Assembly (NCBI RefSeq): GCF_009914755.1
Contig: NC_060931.1
DNA from: the human T2T-CHM13v2.0 reference genome, Homo sapiens
Reading direction: 5' to 3' (one strand)
Length of the DNA stretch: 64,000 nt
Of this stretch, positions 1-14,825 are shown piece after piece. Below the pieces are notes generated by a model. That model searched no databases. It was not told the origin of the DNA and saw only the letters and a list, made by a program, of their open reading frames with translations. Made by a program: the position numbers and the translations under genes. Position 1 is the first letter of the stretch; the number at the start of each line of letters is the position of its first letter.

Positions 1-1778
1 AGGTGCATTCCTGAAAAGTCCTTTATTCCATCTTTATTGAAGTTGATTAGTAAGTTACTTAAAATGTTAGAAGTTATGTTTTTGAGGATCTGAACTCTTA
101 CTACAGCTGAAATCATAAAATTATCTATGGTGACTGAACTCTGACGATGGCAAAGCCAAATGAAAGCAATATTATATTAATTATTATTAATTATATTACT
201 TTTTCTTTATTATTCTGTTTTTTTTTTTTCTTTTGCCCTATCCTCTTGCCTAAATTACTCGTAGAATAACACTCATCAGAACTGTGGTTAATAATAACCT
301 CAGCATAATTTAGCATGGGCTAGAAACATTTGCATTCTAGGGATGAAAACCACTTTGCAAATTGCTTAAGTAATATGATACACACTATTCAAGGAACAAG
401 TCTACTGCTGGGCTCTATACAGCTTACTTACCTGTGCTTTGTAAACTGTAAATAATAAATGCTAATATTCCAAACAACTTGATTTCAAATAGTTTGTAAA
501 CCAAAAGAAAAAATTTTACAAAACAAAGTTCTCAACCATTTTTTCTATTATTACCATGAGAAATTCATCTTCTAGAATGATCTGAACTCAGTACTCATTC
601 ACGTGTGCACATTTCAAGCACAGACTTCTGCATCTATGTTTGTAATCTTAGATGTACACACATACATATAAATATATACATAAATGATATAAAGTTTAAT
701 GAAATGAAATTTCCTTACATTTTTTATAAGTGATACACGAATATTTTCTATTCTATTCCATTCTTCTTATTTTTAAAGTTTAGTTTTTTAAGCTAAAGTG
801 TTTTAAAGATCATTAAGCTAATTCCACAAATTGCTAGTGGCTTATAACCCACAATTAGTAAAATGGCTGTGCATATTCTGATAACATGTATGAGTAAATA
901 AAGAAAGAAATGAATAATGGAAAAAAAGAGAGAGGGAGGAAATAAGGAGAGAAAGAAGAAGGAAGAGAAACATCTCTCTGAATACAAATATATGCTCTCT
1001 AAGCTTCTGAAAATAGAAAATATATGGAAGGGTACAAATCAACATTAACAATGATTACCTTAGTGAGGTGAGAGTGAGGATTGAAAAGGCATGAGTGTCT
1101 TTTATATTTGTGGTTTAAAATCCAATATTTGTATATGTGTGTATATACAAAAACATATATTATTTTTACATATATGCATACTATATATGTATATACACAT
1201 ATAGAGACAAATAAAAGTACAATATTTATGTTTATATGGAGAGAGAGAGACAGAGATATGGGGAAAGAGAGACAGAAAACTTCTAATTGTTAAATTTATT
1301 ATGCTTCAATAGAATTTGAAAAACAACAACATACAATACAGGCTGTCACTTTTGCAAAGTTTAATAAACATCTTATGAAACCACATAACAGCAACCAACT
1401 TCCTGACAAAAATTAGGATGGAGGCTTTTCTTTCATGTTAAAGAGAAAGAATCCAAGAGTGAGAAAGGTGATCGTGGAGAGTTCTGGTGAATACGTATAA
1501 TACATCTCACTAATGATAATATACACCAAGAGTGTGTGATTCGCTCAAGTCCACTTATTTAGTGTCAGAAAAGTATCTACAAACAGATTTACTAATTCTC
1601 ATTCTAATGTTTTCGTTTTTTTTTAACTTCGTCACTGAAGAATGACTAAGATTTATCTGAATTATATAATAGCTTGTTCCCTAAAGCATTTTTGTTGATT
1701 TTTTTTTGAATTATGACCCACTATTACTTATAAGGTCATGCCGAATATAGTGGGATGTAAATTGAAAGCATCGAAGTT

Positions 1779-1973
<195 letters not shown>

Positions 1974-3389
1974 CTATGTATCAGAAGTGACCAAATTCGT
2001 ACTAAAAATTTCCAAATCCACATGAATAAATTTACAATAACTCAGTAAACTCAGCCACTTATTTATATAGTCATTGTAGAATCATTTATTTCAAAATATT
2101 TTTAATTCTTGAATTGAATGCTTGCTTATATGGATGTAAATCTTCCAATACAGAATGATTAAGTCAATATTAAAAATATTTCTATGTGAAGATATTTTAA
2201 TGTATATTCCTTAGTTGTTTGCCAATGTGTTGCTATTTTTGAAAGTGTCTAGCTCAGTTACATAAGCAATAAGTGAGTGAGTGAGAGAAAGTAGGTGAAT
2301 GTGAATTAACTTGACAACACTCCTTTTATTCTTTCTTTCTAGAAATAAGTTATAAAACCACTAAGGTAGGAAGAAATTTTGACCAGTGCAGACAGCTTCT
2401 TATTTTAGTGTTTTGTAATTCCTCTAACCTAATTTGTCTTTTATTCTCTCTAAAGGCAGAGTTCTAAGATGAACTTTCCTTCTTGTTTGAACTACATATG
2501 TTTACATGAATTACCTGATCGTATTATCTTGGAATCAGAAAAAAAACCTTTATCTCACTTTACCTTTATCTTTATCTCACTTTTAAGTTGTGTTGCATTT
2601 TGTAACCACTTTATGCAGTGTCGGTCAAATATTAAGTTCTCCACAAATATTTGTTAAATTAATGAATTAGTGATGATTACTTGGTTTCTTAAATGGACTG
2701 TGGATAGGCAGATGAGTAATTAGTAGCCCCTAGCTGAATCTATTTCCAGAGGACTTTCTAGAAGTTACATTAGTACAGAACTTAATTTATTTTCTAAGAA
2801 GCAAAGCTTTTGTGGCTCTTTCAATTATGCAATTTTAAGGTATGAAATGTTCTATTATTCTGGAAGAATCAGGTAATAAGATAAATTTTAATGTTATTGG
2901 ATTTTGTTTTTAGCAAGGCAAACACCTGGGCCTTAAAGTATGTATGCGCATATAGTCTTGATACCTATTTCCCACATCCACTGGTTTGGAACATTTTTTA
3001 AGAATACTAGAAAAGTAGTGAGAAATTCTTATGGAGGCTAAGAGTTCTGCAGCAAAAAAGAGGCTGAGGATCTCCTCCTTTCCCCTTTAAATTTCTAATT
3101 CATTACTTAATTTCTATTGTAAGGGATTGGTCCCAGCTGATCACACTGGAAGGAAAGTAAGATCCCAGGAGAACCTCAGTTTAAGGGAAGGAGTTAAAAC
3201 CCTTGCCTGGGCTTTCAAGATTAGAGCCTATATGGCTGTAAGGGAGAGCTAGCTCTGATCATCTCAAGGCACTGATACTGGAATATCTTCTGATCATGCT
3301 CCTTGGCCCTGTGGTTATGCTGTAAAGGTAAGGCTGTTGCACAAGTGTAGCTGACTGTAACACTGGTAAAAAACTGTATCTGCTCTCCA

Positions 3390-3747
3390 GTCTTAAAGTC
3401 TTATAGCATTTGTACTGCTATAACAAAACATCTGAGACTGTAAAGAACAGAAATTTATTATCACACAGTTCTGGAGGTTTGGAAGGCGAAGAGCAAGGTA
3501 CTGGCAGGTTTGGCTTTCTGGTAAGTCCTTTTCTTTGCCTCCAAGATGATGCCCTGTTCCTGCATGCTCTGGAAAGGGGAAATTCTGCATCGTTACATGG
3601 CAGAGGCAGAAGGGCGACAGGACTGAACACTGAAGTCTCTTTTCTAAAGGCCTTAATCTAATTCAGGTGCCCTCTACCCAAGATGATCACATTAGCTGTT
3701 AAGTTCTAACACCTGAAATTTGGAGGGAACACATTCAAACACAGCAA
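3390..3747 (-). mobile_element. MaLR LTR (MLT1A/MSTC-like)
   Basis: gctataacaaaa...cagaaatttatt.tcacacagttctggagg...acacattcaaacacagca, the reverse complement of the MLT1A-type pattern. Confidence 0.75.
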
Positions 3748-4459
3748 CCCCTTATGCCCTTCCAAGTCCAGAGGAACCACTCTGGACTGGCCTGGTTGTG
3801 GGGAGAAAACCTACAGTACTACCATCCCTCTTAGAGAAGCCTTCAGTAGTTGTCATACTCTGGAAGTGAAGTGGACCACTTTGCCTCAGGGCCTTTGGAA
3901 GCAGGACTCAGCTACAGAAGTGTGAGCCGAGAGGTGAGGCAAGGGGAGGAGAGGAGAGGAAACGGGAGGGGAGGGGAGAGGTGGGGAGGCAACACTGAAC
4001 CATTGCACCCTCTGTTTACTGATCTTAATGTACCCCCATTACCCTAGTGCTTCCTGCTGCAGACAGAATCTGACGCCAGAACGCCAGAGTTTTGTATTCG
4101 CAACTGATAAATTGAAAATACAAATTATGAAGTTAATCATTCAAATTTACATTTTGAAAACTGAATTGTTAAGGAAGGAGTATTGGGGGAAACTGAATAG
4201 TCTTTTCAGTTCAGGGCATGGCTAAGGGAAGTAACATGAATAGGAACTGGCTTCAGGTGTATGTAAGAACCTGGGTAAAGCTTAATCTAATGACAGAGGG
4301 GAAGAACTACCTGGAGTAGCAGCATCTCTTGTTTTGCTCTGCACTCTTATATCCAAGTCCTCACAGATACTTATCTCATTTCAGGGACTTAGTCTTTGCT
4401 CTTTTTGCTGCCCGTATTTTTCTTATTTAGGATATTTGATGGCCCTTCTTCTTCCTCTT

Positions 4460-4753
4460 TAAAAAAAAAATTAAGAAAAGAAAGGGTCTTACTCTGTCAT
4501 CCACACTGGAGTGCAGTGGTGCAATCATGGCTCACTGCAACCTACAGCTCCTGGGCTTAAGCCATACTCCCACCAGAGCTTCCTGAGTAGCTAGAATTAC
4601 TTGTGCCCACCTAATTAAATTTTTTTTTTTTTTTTGCAGAGACAGGGTCTCGCTACATTGCCCAAGCTCTTCTCAAACTCTGTCCTTAAGAAATCTTTCC
4701 ACCTCAGCCTTCCAAAGTACTGGAATTACAGGCATAAGCCAGTGCACCCTGCC
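4460..4753 (-). mobile_element. AluJ
   Basis: Diverged dimeric Alu: ggagtgcagtggtgcaatcatggctcactgca...ggaattacaggcataagcc. Confidence 0.9.
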
Positions 4754-4769
4754 AGTGGCTCCTCTATAC

Positions 4770-5700
4770 ATTATGTATTGCTATACAGTGAATCATCCCA
4801 ATACTTAATGGCTTAAAAGATCAGCAGACTGTGCCCTACATACCTAATCCAGGCTGACACCTGCTTTTTGTTTTGTTTGTTTGTTTACAGCATGTGAGCT
4901 AAAAAGGCTACTTACATTTTTCAGTGGTTGAAAACAATCAAAATAAGTATAATATTCCCTAATATGTAAAATTTATGTAAAATCGATGTTTTTATTATAA
5001 CATATCCATGCTCAATTAACTATTAGCTATTAAGGCTACTGTCATGCTAAAATAGCAAAGCTGAGTATTTGCAATAGAGATGATATGCATGGAAAAGCCT
5101 AAAATTTCTCCTGTCTGGCTGTTTAGAGAAGGTTTTGCCAATTCTTATCCTAAAACAATGGTAATTATTTATTATCTCATGGTTTCTGTCAGTCAGAAAT
5201 TCAAGAGCATCTCAATTGGGTAATTCTGCCTTGGGTCTCTCATGGGGTCACAGTGAGATATTGGTAGAGAATGCAGTTCTGGTAAGGCTTGGCTAGAGCC
5301 AGAAACTACCGACCATGAGGCTGACCACCAGAGTCTGCCCTTGGTCTTCAAATTATCATATATCTTCACACACAAAAAATAAACTCATCCATCCGAAGGC
5401 CCTAAAGTCTCTTCCCTGTAAAGCATCAGCTCAAATTCAAGGGTCTTATCTTCTAGAATAGTGTCAGTTGTGCTTTGCATCTAGTTCCTTCTGACCTGTG
5501 AACTGATGGAAACTGGTTATCTGGTCCCTATATACTCAACATACAATGGTGAGGCAGGCATAGCAAAACTGCACAAGGCAGTCCTGATCAAAAAGAGGAA
5601 ATATGAAAGGCACACAGGAGTTACTTGGTCAACAGCAATTCTGAACTCTTGCTGACACAGTTGCTTGAGACACATCTCTCATCATAGCCAGCTACAACTT
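4770..5700 (-). mobile_element. old MLT1-type LTR interrupted by a hAT MITE
   Basis: atcccaatacttaatggcttaaaa|...|aacaatgg..tttattatctcatggtttctg..gtcagaaattc, an MLT1 motif split by the insert. Confidence 0.55.
4818..5150 (+). mobile_element. MER58-like hAT-Charlie MITE
   Basis: gagctaaaaagg..ttacatttttc...gcaaagctgagtatttgcaatagaga...aaagcctaaaatt...ttttgccaa. Confidence 0.7.
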
Positions 5701-6630
5701 GGGCAGCCTTTTCTTATAGTGAAAGAGGGGCATACTCACAGTTTCCAGGAACAGAGTGTGCAAGGTTGTTTGAGAAATCCTAGGAAACTATGCGCTTCCT
5801 CAATGAGTCTAGAGAGATTAGACAAATCAGAGGTTTTGCAAACTTGGCCAATGGGCTTAGAGAGCTTTTGTCTTCTTAGAGATAGTATGCCCTCATTGTG
5901 CTAAATTTGGTTTAGCCTAAGAAATACAAATGTAGACGTTGCAAAAAGCAGACTTTCCTCTGAGAAGAACATGCTTGTTTTGCTTTGCTGCATCTGAGGT
6001 CTTGTGAAGGAAAACTTGTAAATAATTGTTTTAATGCCTCTCTGGTGTAGCCTAAATGTTTCCCTGACTTTCAACATCTTTTAGACTTCGCAGATTTAGA
6101 AATGATAAATATTTAATGACAGACTTACAGAATGAAGTTGAAAAGGGTTAAATTGAAGGAAGATAAGAAAACATCTAGGTCATTACTCATCCTTTCATAA
6201 AACCTATTTTAGAGCTGTAAGAAAGAAATGAGATATCATACATTTTTTATAAATCACCTAGTAAACCCACAAATAAATCAATGACTTTTTTTCAAACTGA
6301 AAATAGCTTTTTAATTTTAAGTAATGCATACTAACTATGGAAATTAAAACAAATATATAAAATGTTATTTAATACTATTAGAAATATTTGTTATTTAAAA
6401 AATGAATAATATAAAAGTGTAAAATATAAGAAGTAAAAAGGCCTACTCTCACCCTGCCTAATGTAGAAGTAAATACTTCTGACTCTTTCATATGATCCAG
6501 TCTGACTGGCTTCTGTGCCTCACAATATGTCTTTCTTCAATAGATTATATTACTAAAAATATTATTCTACAACTTGCATTTTTCATTTTGAAAGCATAGA
6601 GATCCTATGTTTCATGTGTGTGCATGCAGT

Positions 6631-6903
6631 TTTTTTTTTTTTTTTTTTGAGACGGAGTCTCACTCTGTCATCCAGGCTGGAGTGCAGTGGCGTGATCTTG
6701 GCTCACTGCAAGCTGCGCCTCCCGGGTTCATGCCATTCTCCTGCCTCAGCCTCCTGAGTAGCTGGGACTACAGGCACCTGCCAGCATGCCTGGCTAATTT
6801 TTGTATTTTTAGTAGAGATGGGGTTTCACCATGTGAGCCAGGATGGTCTCGCTCTCCTGACCTCGTGATCTGCCCACCTCGGCCTCCCAAAGTGCTGGGA
6901 TTA
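6631..6903 (-). mobile_element. AluY, 5'-truncated by about 30 nt
   Basis: gcaagct..gcctcccgggttca.gccattctcc and gccaggatggtctcg diagnostics; ends at gtgctgggatta; flanks gtgcatgca/gtgcatgta resemble a TSD. Confidence 0.93.
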
Positions 6904-7174
6904 GTGCATGTACCTTTACCCATTTATTTAATGACTCAAATTCTTTAAAGTTCAGTCCACCTTAACCACGACCATATCCCTCACACTAAGTGATGTAAGA
7001 TGATTTTAATGTGTGTTAGAACATTATAAATAAGTTTATTTTCTAGACAACGTCTATTTTAGATTTAGTTTCATATGTATTTATTTCATAACTTTATGAT
7101 TTCTCATAATAGGTTGGACATGCGAAAAGTGCTCAGTAAATATTGTTTTTCCTGCATGCCATTTAAACTGAACT

Positions 7175-7345
7175 AGAGGCAGTTTACTGTACATTTAAAA
7201 GGACTGGCTTTGGCGTCAGAAGCATCTGGGTTCAGATCCTGGCTTTGCCATTTTCTAGCTATGTGATCTAGGGCATGTAACTTAACTTATAGGTGCCACT
7301 GTTTCCTTATTTGTATAAAATAGTTCCTACTCTGACAATACTAGT
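7175..7345 (+). mobile_element. MIR
   Basis: ggctttggcgtcaga...ctgggttcagatcctggctttgcca...tagctatgtgatctagggca core. Confidence 0.8.
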
Positions 7346-7349
7346 ATTT

Positions 7350-7949
7350 CTCTTTTCCACATTTATTTTGCCTCCTACTATCCAAGCATTCTCTTATCTC
7401 CTAACACTGCTGGCTCTCCCTTCTGCCCCTGGAGTAACTATACGGGCTACAAAACTGCCTCCATTGTTCCAGTTGTGTTAGAAGCCACAGTTTACTAAAC
7501 ACTAAGATTTATCTATGCAAGAGCTATGGAGGAGGTTCAGACTCCTCCAGCACGTTCAGACTCAGATGAAGAGTGCTTTCGCGTATGTGGTTCATCTCGA
7601 AGAGCAGAGGCTTTAATGCCCTGTGGGGAGAAATTAGTCTAGTGACAGAGAAGAGGCAGAAAGAGCCCACAGATAAATTCCTTTCCCTTAATCTATCCAA
7701 CGACAGTTTTGAAGTATTCTGTCATGAATGGTGGAGGATATCCCCCATGACTGAACAATCAGCTGGTTTCCTTGTGAATCCATGACCAGCTCAGTAATAA
7801 CAACTGTAACTGTCAGCTACCTTTGCTGTCCCTCCTTTGCAGTCTGATTTTTCCTTTTGACTTCACTTTTGTCAGGCTGGGGTTGCATCTCCAGTAAGGC
7901 CTTAGCACATAAAATTTCACTCGTTTTCTAAAGAACCTAGGCTAAGACG
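7350..7949 (+). mobile_element. ERVL LTR (LTR16-like)
   Basis: 3' end ...ttttctaaagaacctaggctaagac; sits inside the MIR. Confidence 0.5.
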
Positions 7950-9692
7950 TATCTAAACAGAGCTAACATGAGGACTAGTACTTAGAAAAATATTTGCAAT
8001 GTAGTAAATTCTATACTTAAAAAAGAATCACTATTATATTACAAAAGAATACAAATTATATTTTTAGTATTTTACATGAATAAATGATAAATATGATATG
8101 GCATCATTTCAAAAGGACCTTCTAGCTCTAAACATTATGAGTTTATTTACAAAGTGATTTTTACACACACATCCAAGAACACACTCTTACATATACATAC
8201 ATAACTCCAACATATTTCCCACCCCCACACTTTAGTTCATTCAACTTGATTATTTAATCTATCAGATTTTTTTTCTTTCGGTAGGTAATTAATTTACACT
8301 GTTATTTATCAGATATCTGTCAAGTAACTAACATGCACCTTGTATTGAAAGGTGTTGGAATACATTAGAGAGCAAAATATTGTCCCTGCCTTTATGACCA
8401 AGGCTGCTTATATTGTTCCTTGTAATCCTCATGTTTGCATATTACTTCTTCCTGGCAATTCTCAGATGTGTCCCTCACAGTGATTCTCAGGAATTGCTGA
8501 CCTCTTTACAACCCTTCTTCTTAGACTGGGATGCATGTAGTCTGTGCTAAAACAAAGGTTTGATGTTCCTGGCTGGAATCCAGACAGTCAAGGCAGTTAA
8601 AAGAAATATGGTTTGTAACCACTTTTGCTGTTGCCTGCTGTCTAGAATGACCTACTCATCACCTCCAGGTCTTGTTGATTTTTCAAGTCTTGGTGGCTTG
8701 TTACAATACGACTGGGGTTGATTTTTCAAATATAACTTTTGTTAAGGGTTATCAGACAGCAAAAATTGCCACTGCCTCAAGAATTATAGTTTCAGTAATC
8801 TACCTTTCAATACTCATACCCAAGGCAATTTTTCCTGAAGTGTGTCAGTGACAGACAGATGGGTGAATCAGGAGAACGTTTCTCCAATCAACCCATGCTG
8901 ATTCCTGATACAGTTTGTTCTTCCAAAGAGTGTGATAATTTCTATGACTGAAGATGCCCAGAGAATTAGTCTCTAATTCAGAGGTGCAAGAAAGAATTTA
9001 CCACTTTAAGAAAACTAAAAATAATTTGATAAAGCTGAACATCTGGAATCAACTTCACCTGAATTTTACCATTCTAGACTTCAAGCATTTAAGCATTGTT
9101 TGGAATATTGTTAATAAAACCAAAATCTTTTTCCCATGGGACTCAATTGTTTGAAATAAGGTTCCGATTTTAGCTATTTTATAATACAGAAGCAGTAATA
9201 TGCTACAATGATAGTAATAATAACATTCTTTTAGAAGTTTCTGCATACATTTATGTATACACATACATATTATAGTACTTAGTGCTCTTTTATAAACCTT
9301 TATAGTGGTGCTTTTCAACATACTTTGAAATTGTTGTTTACTTTTCTGCTTCTCCCTGGATTCTAGGCTCCTTAAGTATAGGCAGGGACTGTAGTTGCCC
9401 AACATTTTATCACCAGTATAACCAATTTGGTAAAACTGTTTGGCAGCATCTACTAAAGTTCAATATACATATACTCTAACTCAAAAGTTTTACCCCTAGG
9501 TATACATCCAACATAATTGCATGTGTGTATGCATCAGTAGATTTCAACAAGAATGTTCTCGACTAGTGATGCAAGAAATACTTTTAGTGTCATGTAATCA
9601 ATTGATATATTTTATTCATAACAATGTACTAATAAAAATGTAAACATAGATATTATGAGTATTCTCCCCAAATCTTATGATGTATCTGTCTG

Positions 9693-11913
9693 TATATTAG
9701 TCCATTCTCACATTGCTATAAAGAACTACCTGAGACTGGCTAATTTATAAAGAAAAGAGGTTTAGTTGACTCACAGTTCCACAGGTTGTATAAGGAGGCA
9801 TGGCCGGGAGGCCTCAGGAAACTTACAATCATTGCAGAAAGCAAAGGGAAAGCAGGAACCTTCTTCTCAAGGTGATAGGAAAGGGAGAGTAAAGGGGGAA
9901 GTGCTACATACTTTCAAGCAACCAGATCTCATGAGAACTCACTCACTATCATGAGAACAGCAAGAGAGAAATCAGTCCTTGTTCCAATCACCTCCCACCA
10001 TGTCCCTCCCCCAACATTGGGGATTACAATTCAACATGAGATTTCGGTGAGGACACAGAGCCTAACCATATCATTTGGCCCCTGGACCCTCCCAAATTTC
10101 ATGTCCTTCTAACATTTCAAAACACAATTGTACCTTCCCAATAGCCCCCCAAAGTCTTAACTCATTCCAGCATTAACTGAAAAGTCCAAGTCCAACGTCT
10201 CATCTGAGACAAGACAAGTCCCTTCCACTTATGAGCCTGTAAAGTGAAAAACAAGTTAGTTACTTCTAAGATACAATGGGGGTTGCAGGAATTGGGTAAA
10301 TGCTCCCATTCCAAATGGGAGAAATTAGCCAAAATAAAGGGGCTACAGGCCTAATGAACATCCACAATCCAGTGGGGCTGTCATTAAATCTTAAAGCTCC
10401 AAAAATGATCTCCTTTAACTCCATGTCTCACATCCAGGCCACACTCATTCAAGAGGTAGGCTCCCATGGTCTTGGGCAGCTCCATCCCTGTGGCTTTGCA
10501 GGGTACAGCCAATGCCTTTCACAGACTGGCACTGAGTGTCTGTGGCATTTCCAGGCACACAGTGCAAGCTATTCATGGATCTACCATTCTGGGATCTGGA
10601 GGATGGTGGCCCTCTTCTCACAGCTCCACTAGGCAGTGCCCCAGTGGAGATTCAGTTTCAGGGTTCCAATCCTACATTTCCCCTTGGCATTACCCTAGTA
10701 GAGGTTCTCCATGAGGGCTCCACTCCTGCAGCTGATTTCTGCCTGAACATCCAGGCACTTTCATACATCCTCTGAAATCTAAGTGGAGGTTCCCAAGCCT
10801 CAATTTTTTTCCTCTGCACACCCGCAGGCCCAACACTACATGGAAGTCACCAAAGTTATGTCAGGCACCGTATCCTGAGGCTGTACAGAGAAGTGGGGCC
10901 CTGGGCCTGGCCCATGAAACCATTATTTCCTCATAGGTCTCCAGGCCTGTGATGGGATGGGCTGCCACAAAGGTCTTTGAAATGTCTTAGAGGCATTTTC
11001 CCTTTGTTTTGGCTCCTCTTTAGTTATGCAAATTTTTGCAACTGGCTTGAATTCCTTCCCAGAAAATGAGGTTTTCTTTTCTACCAAAGTTCAGGTTGTA
11101 AATTTTCTAAACTTTTATGCTCTGCTTCCCTTTTAAATATAAGTTACAATTTCAGACCACCTGTTTGTGAATGCATATGAGCGTACATTGTTAAAAGCAG
11201 CCAGGTCACATCCTGAATGCTTTAGTGCTTAGAAATTTCTTCTGCCAGATACCTTAATCATCTCTCTCAAGATCAAAGTTCAACAGATCCCTAAAGCAGG
11301 GGCACAATGCATAGCAAGAGTGACCTTTACTCCAGTTCCCAATAAGTTCCTCATCTCCATCTGAGACCTTATCAACCTGGCCATCTCTGTCTATATCACT
11401 ATCTGCATTTTGGTCAAAACCATTCAACAAGTCTCTAGGAAGTTCCAAACTTTCCCTTATCTTCCTGTCTTCCTCTGACCCCACCAAGCTGTTCCAACCT
11501 CTGCCTGTTACCAGTTCCAAAGCCACTTACACATTTTCAGGTATCTTTATTGTAAGGCCCCACTTCTCTGGTACCAATTTTTTGTATTAGTCAGTTCTTA
11601 CACTACTATAAATATATACCTGAGACTGGGTAATTTATGCAGAAAAGAGGTTTATTTGGCTTATGGTTCCACAGGATGTATAGGAGGCATGGCTGGGGAA
11701 GCCTCAGGGAAATAACAGTCATGGCAGAGGGTGAGGGGGAAGGTGCTACACACTTTCAAACAACCATATCTTATGAGAACTCACTATCATGAGAGCAGCA
11801 AGGGAGAAATCTGGCCCCATGATCCAATCACCTCCCACGAGGTCCCTCCCTCAACATTGGAGATTACAATTCCACATGAGATTTAGGTGGGGACACAGAG
11901 CCAAACCATATCA
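9693..11913 (-). mobile_element. MSTA MaLR element, LTR-internal-LTR
   Basis: LTRs at about 9693-10072 and 11583-11913 flank an MST/THE1 internal region; 5-bp TSD gtctg/gtctc. Confidence 0.92.
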
Positions 11914-12654
11914 GTCTCTAATGATAAATCATAGGTAAGTTTATTTTAGTCTTTCAGTTCTTTTAATATTAAAAACTAAATAAATTTGGAAGGGGTTTAT
12001 TTTGAATGATCAGTTTTAACGTAATTTTACATGTGATCAATTATTTCAGTGAAAATTTTCTATCTGAAATCACTTTTCAAAACAAAAGTATGGAATTTAT
12101 GTGCCCTTTCATTATTCACTTACTGAAAACTTGTTTGCTAGCTTTTTAAAAGAAGACTAGACAAAGCAGAGTGAATGCTTGTGAACACATTCTTTGTGTT
12201 CTGGCTATCACTATAATGTAAAACTTCTACCCACATTCAAAGAAAAAAAATAAAATGAAACAACGAAAACTCTTTCAGCAAGAGCCAAATAATTTCCCAC
12301 AAACAAAAATATTAATATTTGTGGTTTATTTTCCTATTTTTATATATATTCCTACCTTTACACCACAATAAAGTTAACTATTGAGTCTCCTTATCACACT
12401 GCATAGTGGATTTAAAAACAATGTTTCCAATGCAAGCAACCTTATGACACCAAGTATTAAATAAAGGCAGTTTTATTCTGAATTATAAACACCAGATCTA
12501 AACATTTTCTGTGTATAAGAGTATTCTTGGCTCTACTGCTTCCCACTCTTTCTGTTTTTTTCTTAGCTTTTCATTTGGTGTAGTATTTGGCACATAAGAA
12601 ACATTTAATAAAGTTGCTGGTTGCTCTTCTTGTTAACATAAACTAAGTTATTAT

Positions 12655-13010
12655 TTATTTTTTAAAATTAAATTTTGTATTGAATATAACATATGTAAAA
12701 TTAGCAAATCACAAGTAAAAATTTGATAAATGTTCAAAAGTTAAAAAAAGAAAAAGAAACCTTGTAACTCACCCAGATCAAGAAATAGAATATAATAGTA
12801 GCTTCCTTTTAGTAAATACAGCCTTAAAGGTAACTACTATCCGGATTTTTTATTCCCTCAGGCAAACTTTCTGGCTTTTTGGAATTGAGGTGAATGGAAT
12901 TCTGCAGGAGGTTCCTCTTGTATCTGGTTTATACTGTTCAACCTTCTAAGATTCATTTATGTTGCCATGTGTACCCATAACTCACTCATTTTAATTTACT
13001 TATGGCATAT
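12655..13010 (-). mobile_element. old L1M 3' fragment
   Basis: acccagatcaagaaatagaatat...ggtaactactatcc...ttcatttatgttgc, an L1ME-type 3' end. Confidence 0.6.
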
Positions 13011-13775
13011 AGAAACTTCATCAAAGAAGATATATGTATGGCAAAAAGCACATAAAAAGATGCAAAAATCCTTAGTCATTAGATGAACACAAACTAAAAG
13101 CACAGTAAGCTACCTAGTAGAATGTTAAGATTATCAAGGTTAACCATCCCAGTGTTGATAAGGATGTGGAGCAAATGGAACTCTCATACGCTCCTGGGAT
13201 TCAAAATGGTACAGCAATTTTGGAAAACATTTTGAGACTTTTTTAAAAGGTTAAACACACAGTGACCATAGGATTCAGTCATTCCAATCCTAGGAATTTC
13301 CTAAAGCCATGAAGACATACACCTATAAAAAGTTTTACACAAAAATTAGTCATAGCAGATTTATTTATAATATCCCCAAATTAGAGACCATCCAAATGTC
13401 CATTAACAAATTGCGGTATACCGCTGCAATGGTATGCTCTGAAGTAACAAAAAGGAATGTACTGTTGCTTTATGCAGTGACATTGAATTTTGACATAATT
13501 GTACTGGATGAAAGAAACCAGACTTTAAAAGGAATATGTACTATGTAATTTTATTTATACTAAATTCTAGAAAATGCACACTCATATATAGTGAAGGAAA
13601 GTGTATTAATTGTTGCCTAGGAGACTAGAAATCAGAGCAGCAGGAGAGAGATTGCAAAGAAGCATGAGGCCATTTTTGAAGGTAACAGATATATTCAAAA
13701 TTTTGATGTGACAACTCTACACGTATATAAATATGTCAAAGCTTATCAAATGAACATTATCAAATGAATATTTTA
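13011..13775 (+). mobile_element. old L1M (ORF2 end plus 3'UTR)
   Basis: aaagaagatata..atggcaaa..agcacataaaaagatg...aggatgtggagcaa.tggaactctcatac. Confidence 0.75.
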
Positions 13776-13776
13776 T

Positions 13777-14125
13777 TGTGTGTGGTTTGTATAATCAATT
13801 CATATATTGAAACCTAATCCCCAATGGCATAGTATTAAGAAGTGGGGCCTTTGGCAAATGATTAAATCATAGGAGAAAAGCTCTCAGGAAGGAGATTAGT
13901 ATCCTTACAGGAGAAGCTCAGAGAGATCCCTTACTCCTTCCACCATGTGAAGACACAGTTAGAAAGCACCTTCTATGAGAAAGCAGATCACTACCACACA
14001 TGGAATCTGCCAGCACCTTGATCTTGAGCTTCTCATCCTCCAGAGCTATGAGAAATGAATTTGTTTTGTTTATAAACTACCCAGTCTATGGCATTTTATT
14101 ATAGCGGCCCAAACAAATTAAGATA
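13777..14125 (+). mobile_element. MLT1A-type LTR
   Basis: ttgaaacctaatccccaatg...gaatctgccagcaccttgatctt...ccagagctatgagaaat...aattaagata. Confidence 0.8.
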
Positions 14126-14825
14126 CTGCAATTATATTTCAAGAAGCTGTTAAAATATTTTCCTGATAATTTAATAGATAAATTGATGCCCCATTAATTA
14201 CCATCATGAAAAAAATTATTAAACTAAAACATTCATCTCTAGTTTTTAAAAATGTTGGTTAGTGTTCCACATACATGGGAATAAATGATACATCTTATTA
14301 GCTGAGTGTGGAATCAGTATGGCTCTGAACAGTCCAAATGACGATAAGTAAACATACACATTAATCCATTTATTTGACAGATACTTATTTTGTCTTTAAT
14401 GTCTGTTCTGAGTTAGGAGTTACAAATGCAGAAATGAGCCACTGCTCCTCTCCTCAAGTTGAATTCTATTGAGGAATCAATAAACCTACATTTCTGCTCT
14501 GGTATCTATAAAGTTATGGTGGAAATGTGGTGTTACAAGTGTGCTTTTTGGGGGAACATTTCTGCCAAGAGGTGAGCAAGCACCAGAACAATTTTCTGGA
14601 CCAAAAGGATGTAGTGGAGGTGGTGAACTTAGAAGGGAAAATGAGAAATGAGTTTAGTTAGAAACAATTGTGATGCTTGAAGATGATAATAAGATATTTT
14701 AGAATAGTTCCAGTTTATGCTGGAAGTTGGGGTTTGGAAGTTAGAACCTAGTGGTACTAGAGAAAGCCAAATGTATAGAAAATGTGTTCTCAGCAAAAAT
14801 GTTTAAAAAGCAGCCTAAAGCAGGT

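Noticed and set aside
6607-6948. Alu-derived ORFs (also 21873-22223 and 44327-44602)
   Set aside because: Typical Alu translations, not genes.
12655-13775. Adjacent inverted L1 fragments as a twin-priming inversion
   Set aside because: Both pieces appear to include 3'-end sequence of old L1M elements, so independent insertions are more likely.
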